Source: Auanema rhodensis
Taxonomy: Eukaryota > Animalia > Nematoda
Direction of reading: 5' to 3'
NCBI GenBank assembly: GCA_964057225.1
Contig: OZ059894.1
Location: 6,572,001 to 6,636,000, forward strand
DNA length: 64,000 nt
Shown: positions 45,644-58,400 of the stretch, in pieces
How the letters are laid out: each line of letters opens with the position of its first letter
Position numbering within the stretch: the stretch's first letter is position 1
Notes under the pieces: generated by a model
Told to the model about the DNA's origin: nothing
The model's database searches: none
What the model saw: the letters and a program-made list of their open reading frames with translations, nothing else
Program-made: the position numbers and the translations under genes

Positions 45644-45916
45644 TTTTGTTGTAGATGTAGGAATAATGCTTATATTCCTTTTTTGTTTTCTTTTTTCTTT
45701 GTTTGTTTGGTGATCACAGTATATGTGAACGTAAGGAAATTGAAACCTCTGTTTCTAATTTCAGAGTTTGCTTATTGTTTAAGTCTGTTTGGTGTGACTT
45801 GACGTGGACTTATGATCGCCACGATTTTTATTAAGTATGTTTTTTGCTCAAACACGCTTGGTTCGAGTTGTATCTCACCTGCCACGCGGGACTTAAAGCG
45901 GCTAAGATCTAAACTA

Positions 45917-45928
45917 GCCGATGCACCA
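45917..45928 (-). promoter_or_regulatory. Primer binding site of element B, complementary to the tRNA-Gly(GCC) 3' end
   Basis: - strand TGGTGCATCGGC, 3 nt after the 5' LTR. Confidence 0.85.
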
Positions 45929-45931
45929 ATT

Positions 45932-46181
45932 TGTGGCGTTATACCACAAGTGTATAGTATGGTTGGAAGTAAAACACAAAGCGAATATGTAGAAAGGGGT
46001 TTATTGATGAATTAACAAGACAAGCACGGAATAAAATCACTGACTGCGAACGTTGAAAATGTAAGACTGATCTCTTCTCGTGGGCGGTCGTCAGCCTGAA
46101 ACAAAGAGTTAGTCATGCCACATGTATAACACAACATGTGGTATGGATAAAAATTACTTAGGAAGTTAGAAGAAAGAAGAA

Positions 46182-46223
<42 letters not shown>

Positions 46224-46291
46224 AGGAGAAACAAATAAAACAATTGTTGAAGATAAAAAAAATTATACAAACTCACTCGCTTATCGCGACA
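45932..46291 (-). repeat. Element B 5' LTR (360 bp)
   Basis: Direct repeat of 36513-36872. Confidence 0.96.
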
Positions 46292-46353
46292 CATTGGTCA
46301 TCATGTAAACGCAATGACTGATTATTAAAGGTTCAAGTTATGTCGATATCATA

Positions 46354-46425
46354 TCCGTTGTGGTCTAGTGGTTAGGATTTATGGCTCTCACCCATAAGGC
46401 CGGGGTTCGATTCCCCGCAACGGAA
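46354..46425 (+). tRNA. trnE: tRNA-Glu(CTC), first copy after element B
   Basis: Identical to consensus copy. Confidence 0.97.
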
Positions 46426-49400
46426 TACGTTTTACGCTTTCTTCAAGTTTTTAAATGCTCAAGCTACTTCTGAAGTTCCATAACTTAATCATACCTTGAT
46501 TCTTAGGCAACAACAATACTCCACGTTTTCAAGCGCATTTTGAATGATCCACGAATTGAATTTCATTGGTCATTATGTAAACGCAATGACTGATTATGAA
46601 AGGTTCAAGTTATGTCGATATCATATCCGTTGTGGTCTAGTGGTTAGGATTTATGGCTCTCACCCATAAGGCCGGGGTTCGATTCCCCGCAACGGAATAC
46701 GTTTTACGCTTTCTTCAAGTTTTTAAATGCTCAAGCTACTTCTGAAGTTTCATAACTTAATCATACCTTGATTCTTAGGCAACAACAATACTCCACGTTT
46801 TCAAGCGCATTTTGAATGATCCACGAATTGAATTTCATTGGTCATTATGTAAACGCAATGACTGATTATTAAAGGTTCAAGTTATGTCGATATCATATCC
46901 GTTGTGGTCTAGTGGTTAGGATTTATGGCTCTCACCCATAAGGCCGGGGTTCGATTCCCCGCAACGGAATACGTTTTACGCTTTCTTCAAGTTTTTAAAT
47001 GCTCAAGCTACTTCTGAAGTTCCATAACTTAATCATAGATTGATTCTTAGGCAACAACAATACTCCACGTTTTCAAGCGCATTTTGAATGATCCACGAAT
47101 TGAATTTCATTGGTCATCATGTAAACGAAATGACTGATTATTAAAGGTTCAAGATATGTCGATATCATATCCGTTGTGGTCTAGTGGTTAGGATTTATGG
47201 CTCTCACCCATAAGGCCGGGGTTCGATTCCCCGCAACGGAATACGTTTTACGCTTTCTTCAAGTTTTTAAATGCTCAAGCTACTTCTGAAGTTCCATAAC
47301 TTAATCATAGATTGATTCTTAGCAACAACAATACTCCACGTTTTCAAGCGCATTTTAAATGATCCACGATTTGAACTTCATTGGTCATTATGTAAACGCA
47401 ATGACTGATTATTAAAGGTTCAAGTTATGTCGATATCATATCCGTTGTGGTCTAGTGGTTAGGATTTATGGCTCTCACCCATAAGGCCGGGGTTCGATTC
47501 CCCGCAACGGAATACGTTTTAAGTTTTTAAATGATCAAGCTACTTCTGAAGTTCCATAACTTAATCATACCTTGATTCTTAGGCAACAACAATACTCCAC
47601 GTTTTCAAGCGCATTTTGAATGATCCACGAATTGAATTTCATTGGTCATCATGTAAACGCAATGACTGATTATTAAAGGTTCAAGATATGTCGATATCAT
47701 ATCCGTTGTGGTCTAGTGGTTAGGATTTATGGCTCTCACCCATAAGGCCGGGGTTCGATTCCCCGCAACGGAATACGTTTTACGCTTTCTTCAAGTTTTT
47801 AAATGCTCAAGCTACTTCTGAAGTTCCATAACTTAATCATAGATTGATTCTTAGGCAACAACAATACTCCACGTTTTCAAGCGCATTTGGAATGATCCAC
47901 GAATTGAATTTCATTGGTCATCATGTAAACGCAATGACTGATTATTAAAGGTTCAAGATATGTCGATATCATATCCGTTGTGGTCTAGTGGTTAGGATTT
48001 ATGGCTCTCACCCATAAGGCCGGGGTTCGATTCCCCGCAACGGAATACGTTTTACGCTTTCTTCAAGTTTTTAAATGCTCAAGCTACTTCTGAAGTTCCA
48101 TAACTTAATCATACCTTGATTCTTAGGCAACAACAATACTCCACGTTTTCAAGCGCATTTTGAATGATCCACGAATTGAATTTCATTGGTCATTATGTAA
48201 ACGCAATGACTGATTATGAAAGGTTCAAGTTATGTCGTTATCATATCCGTTGTGGTCTAGTGGTTAGGATTTATGGCTCTCACCCATAAGGCCGGGGTTC
48301 GATTCCCCGCAACGGAATACGTTTTACGCTTTCTTCAAGTTTTTAAATGCTCAAGCTACTTCTGAAGTTCCATAACTTAATCATACCTTGATTCTTAGGC
48401 AACAACAATACTCCACGTTTTCAAGCGCATTTTGAATGATCCACGAATTGAATTTCATTGGTCATCATGTAAACGCAATGACTGATTATTAAAGGTTCAA
48501 GTTATGTCGATATCATATCCGTTTTGGTCTAGTGGTTAGGATTTATGGCTCTCACCCATAAGGCCGGGGTTCGATTCCCCGCAACGGAATACGTTTTACG
48601 CTTTCTTCAAGTTTTTAAATGCTCAAGCTACTTCTGAAGTTCCATAACTTAATCATACCTTGATTCTTAGGCAACAACAATACTCCACGTTTGCAAGCGC
48701 ATTTTGAATGATCCACGAATTGAATTTCATTGGTCATCATGTAAACGCAATGACTGATTATTAAAGGTTCAAGTTATGTCGTTATCATATCCGTTGTGGT
48801 CTAGTGGTTAGGATTTATGGCTCTCACCCATAAGGCCGGGGTTCGATTCCCCGCAACGGAATACGTTTTACGCTTTCTTCAAGTTTTTAAATGCTCAAGC
48901 TACTTCTGAAGTTCCATAACTTAATCATACCTTGATTCTTAGGCAACAACAATACTCCACGTTTTCAAGCGCATTTTGAATGATCCACGAATTGAATTTC
49001 ATTGGTCATCATGTAAACGCAATGACTGATTATTAAAGGTTCAAGTTATGTCGATATCATATCCGTTGTGGTCTAGTGGTTAGGATTTATGGCTCTCACC
49101 CATAAGGCCGGGGTTCGATTCCCCGCAACGGAATACGTTTTACGCTTTCTTCAAGTTTTTAAATGCTCAAGCTACTTCTGAAGTTCCATAACTTAATCAT
49201 ACCTTGATTCTTAGGCAACAACAATACTCCACGTTTTCAAGCGCATTTTGAATGATCCACGAATTGAATTTCATTGGTCATTATGTAAACGCAATGACTG
49301 ATTATGAAAGGTTCAAGTTATGTCGATATCATATCCGTTGTGGTCTAGTGGTTAGGATTTATGGCTCTCACCCATAAGGCCGGGGTTCGATTCCCCGCAA

Positions 49401-52400
49401 CGGAATACGTTTTACGCTTTCTTCAAGTTTTTAAATGCTCAAGCTACTTCTGAAGTTCCATAACTTAATCATACCTTGATTCTTAGGCAACAACAATACT
49501 CCACGTTTTCAAGCGCATTTTGAATGATCCACGAATTGAATTTCATTGGTCATTATGTAAACGCAATGACTGATTATGAAAGGTTCAAGTTATGTCGATA
49601 TCATATCCGTTGTGGTCTAGTGGTTAGGATTTATGGCTCTCACCCATAAGGCCGGGGTTCGATTCCCCGCAACGGAATACGTTTTACGCTTTCTTCAAGT
49701 TTTTAAATGCTCAAGCTACTTCTGAAGTTCCATAACTTAATCATACCTTGATTCTTAGGCAACAACAATACTCCACGTTTTCAAGCGCATTTTGAATGAT
49801 CCACGAATTGAATTTCATTGGTCATTATGTAAACGCAATGACTGATTATGAAAGGTTCAAGTTATGTCGATATCATATCCGTTGTGGTCTAGTGGTTAGG
49901 ATTTATGGCTCTCACCCATAAGGCCGGGGTTCGATTCCCCGCAACGGAATACGTTTTACGCTTTCTTCAAGTTTTTTAATGCTCAAGCTACTTCTGAAGT
50001 TCCATAACTTAATCATACCTTGATTCTTAGGCAACAACAATACTCCACGTTTTCAAGCGCATTTTGAATGATCCACGAATTGAATTTCATTGGTCATTAT
50101 GTAAACGCAATGACTGATTATGAAAGGTTCAAGTTATGTCGATATCATATCCGTTGTGGTCTAGTGGTTAGGATTTATGGCTCTCACCCATAAGGCCGGG
50201 GTTCGATTCCCCGCAACGGAATACGTTTTACGCTTTCTTCAAGTTTTTAAATGCTCAAGCTACTTCTGAAGTTCCATAACTTAATCATACCTTGATTCTT
50301 AGGCAACAACAATACTCCACGTTTTCAAGCGCATTTTGAATGATCCACGAATTGAATTTCATTGGTCATTATGTAAACGCAATGACTGATTATGAAAGGT
50401 TCAAGTTATGTCGATATCATATCCGTTGTGGTCTAGTGGTTAGGATTTATGGCTCTCACCCATAAGGCCGGGGTTCGATTCCCCGCAACGGAATACGTTT
50501 TACGCTTTCTTCAAGTTTTTAAATGCTCAAGCTACTTCTGAAGTTCCATAACTTAATCATAGATTGATTCTTAGGCAACAACAATACTCCACGTTTTCAA
50601 GCGCATTTTGAATGATCCACGAATTGAATTTCATTGGTCATTATGTAAACACAATGACTGATTATGAAAGGTTCAAGTTATGTCGATATCATATCCGTTG
50701 TGGTCTAGTGGTTAGGATTTATGGCTCTCACCCATAAGGCCGGGGTTCGATTCCCCGCAACGGAATACGTTTTACGCTTTCTTCAAGTTTTTAAATGCTC
50801 AAGCTACTTCTGAAGTTCCATAACTTAATCATACCTTGATTCTTAGGCAACAACAATACTCCACGTTTTCAAGCGCATTTTGAATGATCCACGAATTGAA
50901 TTTCATTGGTCATTATGTAAACGCAATGACTGATTATGAAAGGTTCAAGTTATGTCGATATCATATCCGTTGTGGTCTAGTGGTTAGGATTTATGGCTCT
51001 CACCCATAAGGCCGGGGTTCGATTTCCCGCAACGGAATACGTTTTACGCTTTCTTCAAGTTTTTAAATGCTCAAGCTACTTCTGAAGTTCCATAACTTAA
51101 TCATACCTTGATTCTTAGGCAACAACAATACTCCACGTTTTCAAGCGCATTTTGAATGATCCACGAATTGAATTTCATTGGTCATTATGTAAACGCAATG
51201 ACTGATTATGAAAGGTTCAAGTTATGTCGATATCATATCCGTTGTGGTCTAGTGGTTAGGATTTATGGCTCTCACCCATAAGGCCGGGGTTCGATTCCCC
51301 GCAACGGAATACGTTTTACGCTTTCTTCAAGTTTTTAAATGCTCAAGCTACTTCTGAAGTTCCATAACTTAATCATACCTTGATTCTTAGGCAACAACAA
51401 TACTCCACGTTTTCAAGCGCATTTTGAATGATCCACGAATTGAATTTCATTGGTCATCATGTAAACGCAATGACTGATTATTAAAGGTTCAAGTTATGTC
51501 GTTATCATATCCGTTGTGGTCTAGTGGTTAGGATTTATGGCTCTCACCCATAAGGCCGGGGTTCGATTCCCCGCAACGGAATACGTTTTACGCTTTCTTC
51601 AAGTTTTTAAATGCTCAAGCTACTTCTGAAGTTCCATAACTTAATCATACCTTGATTCTTAGGCAACAACAATACTCCACGTTTTCAAGCGCATTTTGAA
51701 TGATCCACGAATTGAATTTCATTGGTCATCATGTAAACGCAATGACTGATTATTAAAGGTTCAAGTTATGTCGATATCATATCCGTTGTGGTCTAGTGGT
51801 TAGGATTTATGGCTCTCACCCATAAGGCCGGTGTTCGATTCCCCGCAACGGAATACGTTTTACGCTTTCTTCAAGTTTTTAAATGCTCAAGCTACTTCTG
51901 AAGTTCCATAACTTAATCATACCTTGATTCTTAGCAACAACAATACTCCACGTTTTCAAGCGCATTTTGAATGATCCACGAATTGAATTTCATTGGTCAT
52001 TATGTAAACGCAATGACTGATTATGAAAGGTTCAAGTTATGTCGATATCATATCCGTTGTGGTCTAGTGGTTAGGATTTATGGCTCTCACCCATAAGGCC
52101 GGGGTTCGATTCCCCGCAACGGAATACGTTTTACGCTTTCTTCAAGTTTTTAAATGCTCAAGCTACTTCTGAAGTTCCATAACTTAATCATACCTTGATT
52201 CTTAGGCAACAACAATACTCCACGTTTTCAAGCGCATTTTGAATGATCCACGAATTGAATTTCATTGGTCATTATGTAAACGCAATGACTGATTATGAAA
52301 GGTTCAAGTTATGTCGATATCATATCCGTTGTGGTCTAGTGGTTAGGATTTATGGCTCTCACCCATAAGGCCGGGGTTCGATTCCCCGCAACGGAATACG

Positions 52401-55400
52401 TTTTACGCTTTCTTCAAGTTTTTAAATGCTCAAGCTACTTCTGAAGTTCCATAACTTAATCATACCTTGATTCTTAGGCAACAACAATACTCCACGTTTT
52501 CAAGCGCATTTTGAATGATCCACGAATTGAATTTCATTGGTCATTATGTAAACGCAATGACTGATTATGAAAGGTTCAAGTTATGTCGATATCATATCCG
52601 TTGTGGTCTAGTGGTTAGGATTTATGGCTCTCACCCATAAGGCCGGGGTTCGATTCCCCGCAACGGAATACGTTTTACGCTTTCTTCAAGTTTTTTAATG
52701 CTCAAGCTACTTCTGAAGTTCCATAACTTAATCATACCTTGATTCTTAGGCAACAACAATACTCCACGTTTTCAAGCGCATTTTGAATGATCCACGAATT
52801 GAATTTCATTGGTCATTATGTAAACGCAATGACTGATTATGAAAGGTTCAAGTTATGTCGATATCATATCCGTTGTGGTCTAGTGGTTAGGATTTATGGC
52901 TCTCACCCATAAGGCCGGGGTTCGATTCCCCGCAACGGAATACGTTTTACGCTTTCTTCAAGTTTTTAAATGCTCAAGCTACTTCTGAAGTTCCATAACT
53001 TAATCATACCTTGATTCTTAGGCAACAACAATACTCCACGTTTTCAAGCGCATTTTGAATGATCCACGAATTGAATTTCATTGGTCATTATGTAAACGCA
53101 ATGACTGATTATGAAAGGTTCAAGTTATGTCGATATCATATCCGTTGTGGTCTAGTGGTTAGGATTTATGGCTCTCACCCATAAGGCCGGGGTTCGATTC
53201 CCCGCAACGGAATACGTTTTACGCTTTCTTCAAGTTTTTAAATGCTCAAGCTACTTCTGAAGTTCCATAACTTAATCATAGATTGATTCTTAGGCAACAA
53301 CAATACTCCACGTTTTCAAGCGCATTTTGAATGATCCACGAATTGAATTTCATTGGTCATTATGTAAACACAATGACTGATTATGAAAGGTTCAAGTTAT
53401 GTCGATATCATATCCGTTGTGGTCTAGTGGTTAGGATTTATGGCTCTCACCCATAAGGCCGGGGTTCGATTCCCCGCAACGGAATACGTTTTACGCTTTC
53501 TTCAAGTTTTTAAATGCTCAAGCTACTTCTGAAGTTCCATAACTTAATCATACCTTGATTCTTAGGCAACAACAATACTCCACGTTTTCAAGCGCATTTT
53601 GAATGATCCACGAATTGAATTTCATTGGTCATTATGTAAACGCAATGACTGATTATGAAAGGTTCAAGTTATGTCGATATCATATCCGTTGTGGTCTAGT
53701 GGTTAGGATTTATGGCTCTCACCCATAAGGCCGGGGTTCGATTTCCCGCAACGGAATACGTTTTACGCTTTCTTCAAGTTTTTAAATGCTCAAGCTACTT
53801 CTGAAGTTCCATAACTTAATCATACCTTGATTCTTAGGCAACAACAATACTCCACGTTTTCAAGCGCATTTTGAATGATCCACGAATTGAATTTCATTGG
53901 TCATTATGTAAACGCAATGACTGATTATGAAAGGTTCAAGTTATGTCGATATCATATCCGTTGTGGTCTAGTGGTTAGGATTTATGGCTCTCACCCATAA
54001 GGCCGGGGTTCGATTCCCCGCAACGGAATACGTTTTACGCTTTCTTCAAGTTTTTAAATGCTCAAGCTACTTCTGAAGTTCCATAACTTAATCATACCTT
54101 GATTCTTAGGCAACAACAATACTCCACGTTTTCAAGCGCATTTTGAATGATCCACGAATTGAATTTCATTGGTCATCATGTAAACGCAATGACTGATTAT
54201 TAAAGGTTCAAGTTATGTCGTTATCATATCCGTTGTGGTCTAGTGGTTAGGATTTATGGCTCTCACCCATAAGGCCGGGGTTCGATTCCCCGCAACGGAA
54301 TACGTTTTACGCTTTCTTCAAGTTTTTAAATGCTCAAGCTACTTCTGAAGTTCCATAACTTAATCATACCTTGATTCTTAGGCAACAACAATACTCCACG
54401 TTTTCAAGCGCATTTTGAATGATCCACGAATTGAATTTCATTGGTCATCATGTAAACGCAATGACTGATTATTAAAGGTTCAAGTTATGTCGATATCATA
54501 TCCGTTGTGGTCTAGTGGTTAGGATTTATGGCTCTCACCCATAAGGCCGGTGTTCGATTCCCCGCAACGGAATACGTTTTAAGCTTTCTTCAAGTTTTTA
54601 AATGCTCAAGCTACTTCTGAAGTTCCATAACTTAATCATACCTTGATTCTTAGCAACAACAATACTCCACGTTTTCAAGCGCATTTTGAATGATCCACGA
54701 ATTGAATTTCATTGGTCATTATGTAAACGCAATGACTGATTATGAAAGGTTCAAGTTATGTCGATATCATATCCGTTGTGGTCTAGTGGTTAGGATTTAT
54801 GGCTCTCACCCATAAGGCCGGTGTTCGATTGCCCGCAACGGAATACGTTTTACGCTTTCTTCAAGTTTTTAAATGCTCAAGCTACTTCTGAAGTTCCATA
54901 ACTTAATCATACCTTGATTCTTAGCAACAACAATACTCCACGTTTTCAAGCGCATTTTGAATGATCCACGAATTGAATTTCATTGGTCATTATGTAAACG
55001 CAATGACTGATTATGAAAGGTTCAAGTTATGTCGATATCATATCCGTTGTGGTCTAGTGGTTAGGATTTATGGCTCTCACCCATAAGGCCGGTGTTCGAT
55101 TCCCCGCAACGGAATACGTTTTACGCTTTCTTCAAGTTTTTAAATGCTCAAGCTACTTCTGAAGTTCCATAACTTAATCATACCTTGATTCTTAGGCAAC
55201 AACAATACTCCACGTTTTCAAGCGCATTTTGAATGATCCACGAATTGAATTTCATTGGTCATCATGTAAACGTAATGACTGATTATTAAAGGTTCAAGAT
55301 ATGTCGATATCATATCCGTTGTGGTCTAGTGGTTAGGATTTATGGCTCTCACCCATAAGGCCGGGGTTCGATTCCCCGCAACGGAATACGTTTTACGCTT

Positions 55401-58400
55401 TCTTCAAGTTTTTAAATGATCAAGCTACTTCTGAAGTTCCATAACTTAATCATACCTTGATTCTTAGGCAACAACAATACTCCACGTTTTCAAGCGCATT
55501 TTGAATGATCCACGAAGTGAATTTCATTGGTCATCATGTAAACGCAATGACTGATTATTAAAGGTTCAAGATATGTCGATATCATATCCGTTGTGGTCTA
55601 GTGGTTAGGATTTATGGCTCTCACCCATAAGGCCGGGGTTCGATTCCCCGCAACGGAATACGTTTTAAGTTTTTAAATGATCAAGCTACTTCTGAAGTTC
55701 CATAACTTAATCATAGATTGATTCTTAGGCAACAACAATACTCCACGTTTTCAAGCGCATTTTGAATGATCCACGAATTGAATTTCATTGGTCATCATGT
55801 AAACGCAATGACTGATTATTAAAGGTTCAAGATATGACGATATCATATCCGTTGTGGTCTAGTGGTTAGGATTTATGGCTCTCACCCATAAGGCCGGGGT
55901 TCGATTCCCCGCAACGGAATACGTTTTACGCTTTCTTCAAGTTTTTAAATGCTCAAGCTACTTCTGAAGTTCCATAACTTAATCATAGATTGATTCTTAG
56001 GCAACAACAATACTCCACGTTTTCAAGCGCATTTTGAATGATCCACGAATTGAATTTCATTGGTCATCATGTAAACGCAATGACTGATTATTAAAGGTTC
56101 AAGTTATGACGATAACATATCCGTTGTGGTCTAGTGGTTAGGATTTATGGCTCTCACCCATAAGGCCGGGGTTCGATTCCCCGCAACGGAATACGTTTTA
56201 CGCTTTCTTCAAGTTTTTAAATGCTCAAGCTACTTCTGAAGTTCCATAACTTAATCATACCTTGATTCTTAGCAACAACAATACTCCATGTTTTCAAGCG
56301 CATTTTGAATGATCCACGAAGTGAATTTCATTGGTCATCATGTAAACGCAATGACTGATTATTAAAGGTTCAAGTTATGTCGATATCATATCCGTTGTGG
56401 TCTAGTGGTTAGGATTTATGGCTCTCACCCATAAGGCCGGGGTTCGATTCCCCGCAACGGAATACGTTTTACGCTTTCTTCAAGTTTTTAAATGATCAAG
56501 CTACTTCTGAAGTTCCATAACTTAATCATACCTTGATTCTTAGGCAACAACAATACTCCACGTTTTCAAGCGTATTTTGAATGATCCACGAATTGAATTT
56601 CATTGGTCATCATGTAAACGTAATGACTGATTATTAAAGGTTCAAGTTATGTCGATATCATATCCGTTGTGGTCTAGTGGTTACGTTTTATGGCTCTCAC
56701 CCATAAGGCCGGGGTTCGATTCCCCGCAACGGAATACGTTTTACGCTTTCTTCAAGTTTTTAAATGCTCAAGCTACTTCTGAAGTTCCATAACTTAATCA
56801 TAGATTGATTCTTAGGCAACAACAATACTCCACGTTTTCAAGCGCATTTTGAATGATCCACGAATTGAATTTCATTGGTCATCATGTAAACGCAATGACT
56901 GATTATTAAAGGTTCAAGATATGTCGATATCATATCCGTTGTGGTCTAGTGGTTAGGATTTATGGCTCTCACCCATGAGGCCGGGGTTCGATTCCCCGCA
57001 ACGGAATACGTTTTACGCTTTCTTCAAGTTTTTAAATGCTCAAGCTACTTCTGAAGTTCCATAACTTAATCATAGATTGATTCTTAGGCAACAACAATAC
57101 TCCACGTTTTCAAGCGCATTTTGAATGATCCACGAATTGAATTTCATTGGTCATTATGTAAACGCAATGACTGATTATGAAAGGTTCAAGTTATGTCGAT
57201 ATCATATCCGTTGTGGTCTAGTGGTTAGGATTTATGGCTCTCACCCATAAGGCCGGTGTTCGATTCCCCGCAACGGAATACGTTTTACGCTTTCTTCAAG
57301 TTTTTAAATGCTCAAGCTACTTCTGAAGTTCCATAACTTAATCATACCTTGATTCTTAGGCAACAACAATACTCCACGTTTTCAAGCGCATTTTGAATGA
57401 TCCACGAATTGAATTTCATTGGTCATCATGTAAACGTAATGACTGATTATTAAAGGTTCAAGATATGTCGATATCATATCCGTTGTGGTCTAGTGGTTAG
57501 GATTTATGGCTCTCACCCATAAGGCCGGGGTTCGATTCCCCGCAACGGAATACGTTTTACGCTTTCTTCAAGTTTTTAAATGATCAAGCTACTTCTGAAG
57601 TTCCATAACTTAATCATACCTTGATTCTTAGGCAACAACAATACTCCACGTTTTCAAGCGCATTTTGAATGATCCACGAAGTGAATTTCATTGGTCATCA
57701 TGTAAACGCAATGACTGATTATTAAAGGTTCAAGATATGTCGATATCATATCCGTTGTGGTCTAGTGGTTAGGATTTATGGCTCTCACCCATAAGGCCGG
57801 GGTTCGATTCCCCGCAACGGAATACGTTTTAAGTTTTTAAATGATCAAGCTACTTCTGAAGTTCCATAACTTAATCATAGATTGATTCTTAGGCAACAAC
57901 AATACCCCACGTTTTCAAGCGCATTTTGAATGATCCACGAATTGAATTTCATTGGTCATCATGTAAACGCAATGACTGATTATTAAAGGTTCAAGATATG
58001 ACGATATCATATCCGTTGTGGTCTAGTGGTTAGGATTTATGGCTCTCACCCATAAGGCCGGGGTTCGATTCCCCGCAACGGAATACGTTTTACGCTTTCT
58101 TCAAGTTTTTAAATGCTCAAGCTACTTCTGAAGTTCCATAACTTAATCATAGATTGATTCTTAGGCAACAACAATACTCCACGTTTTCAAGCGCATTTTG
58201 AATGATCCACGAATTGAATTTCATTGGTCATCATGTAAACGCAATGACTGATTATTAAAGGTTCAAGTTATGACGATAACATATCCGTTGTGGTCTAGTG
58301 GTTAGGATTTATGGCTCTCACCCATAAGGCCGGGGTTCGATTCCCCGCAACGGAATACGTTTTACGCTTTCTTCAAGTTTTTAAATGCTCAAGCTACTTC

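Larger units (their letters stand above)
36513..46291 (-). mobile_element. Element B: full-length BEL/Pao (Belpaoviridae) LTR retroelement with phlebovirus-Gc-like env
   Basis: 360-bp TGT...ACA LTRs, 5-bp TSD, PBS, PPT, polyprotein with three CCHC knuckles, RT YVDN, RNase H FADAS, integrase WERLVG. Confidence 0.97.

Noticed and set aside
37758-46015. Many 60-120 aa ORFs overlapping element B polyprotein and LTR
   Set aside because: Antisense or alternate-frame shadows without motifs or expression signals
24137-46291. One nested or composite element, or priming by the array's own tRNA-Glu
   Set aside because: Each element has its own LTR pair and TSD with array DNA between them; the PBSs match tRNA-Gln and tRNA-Gly, not tRNA-Glu
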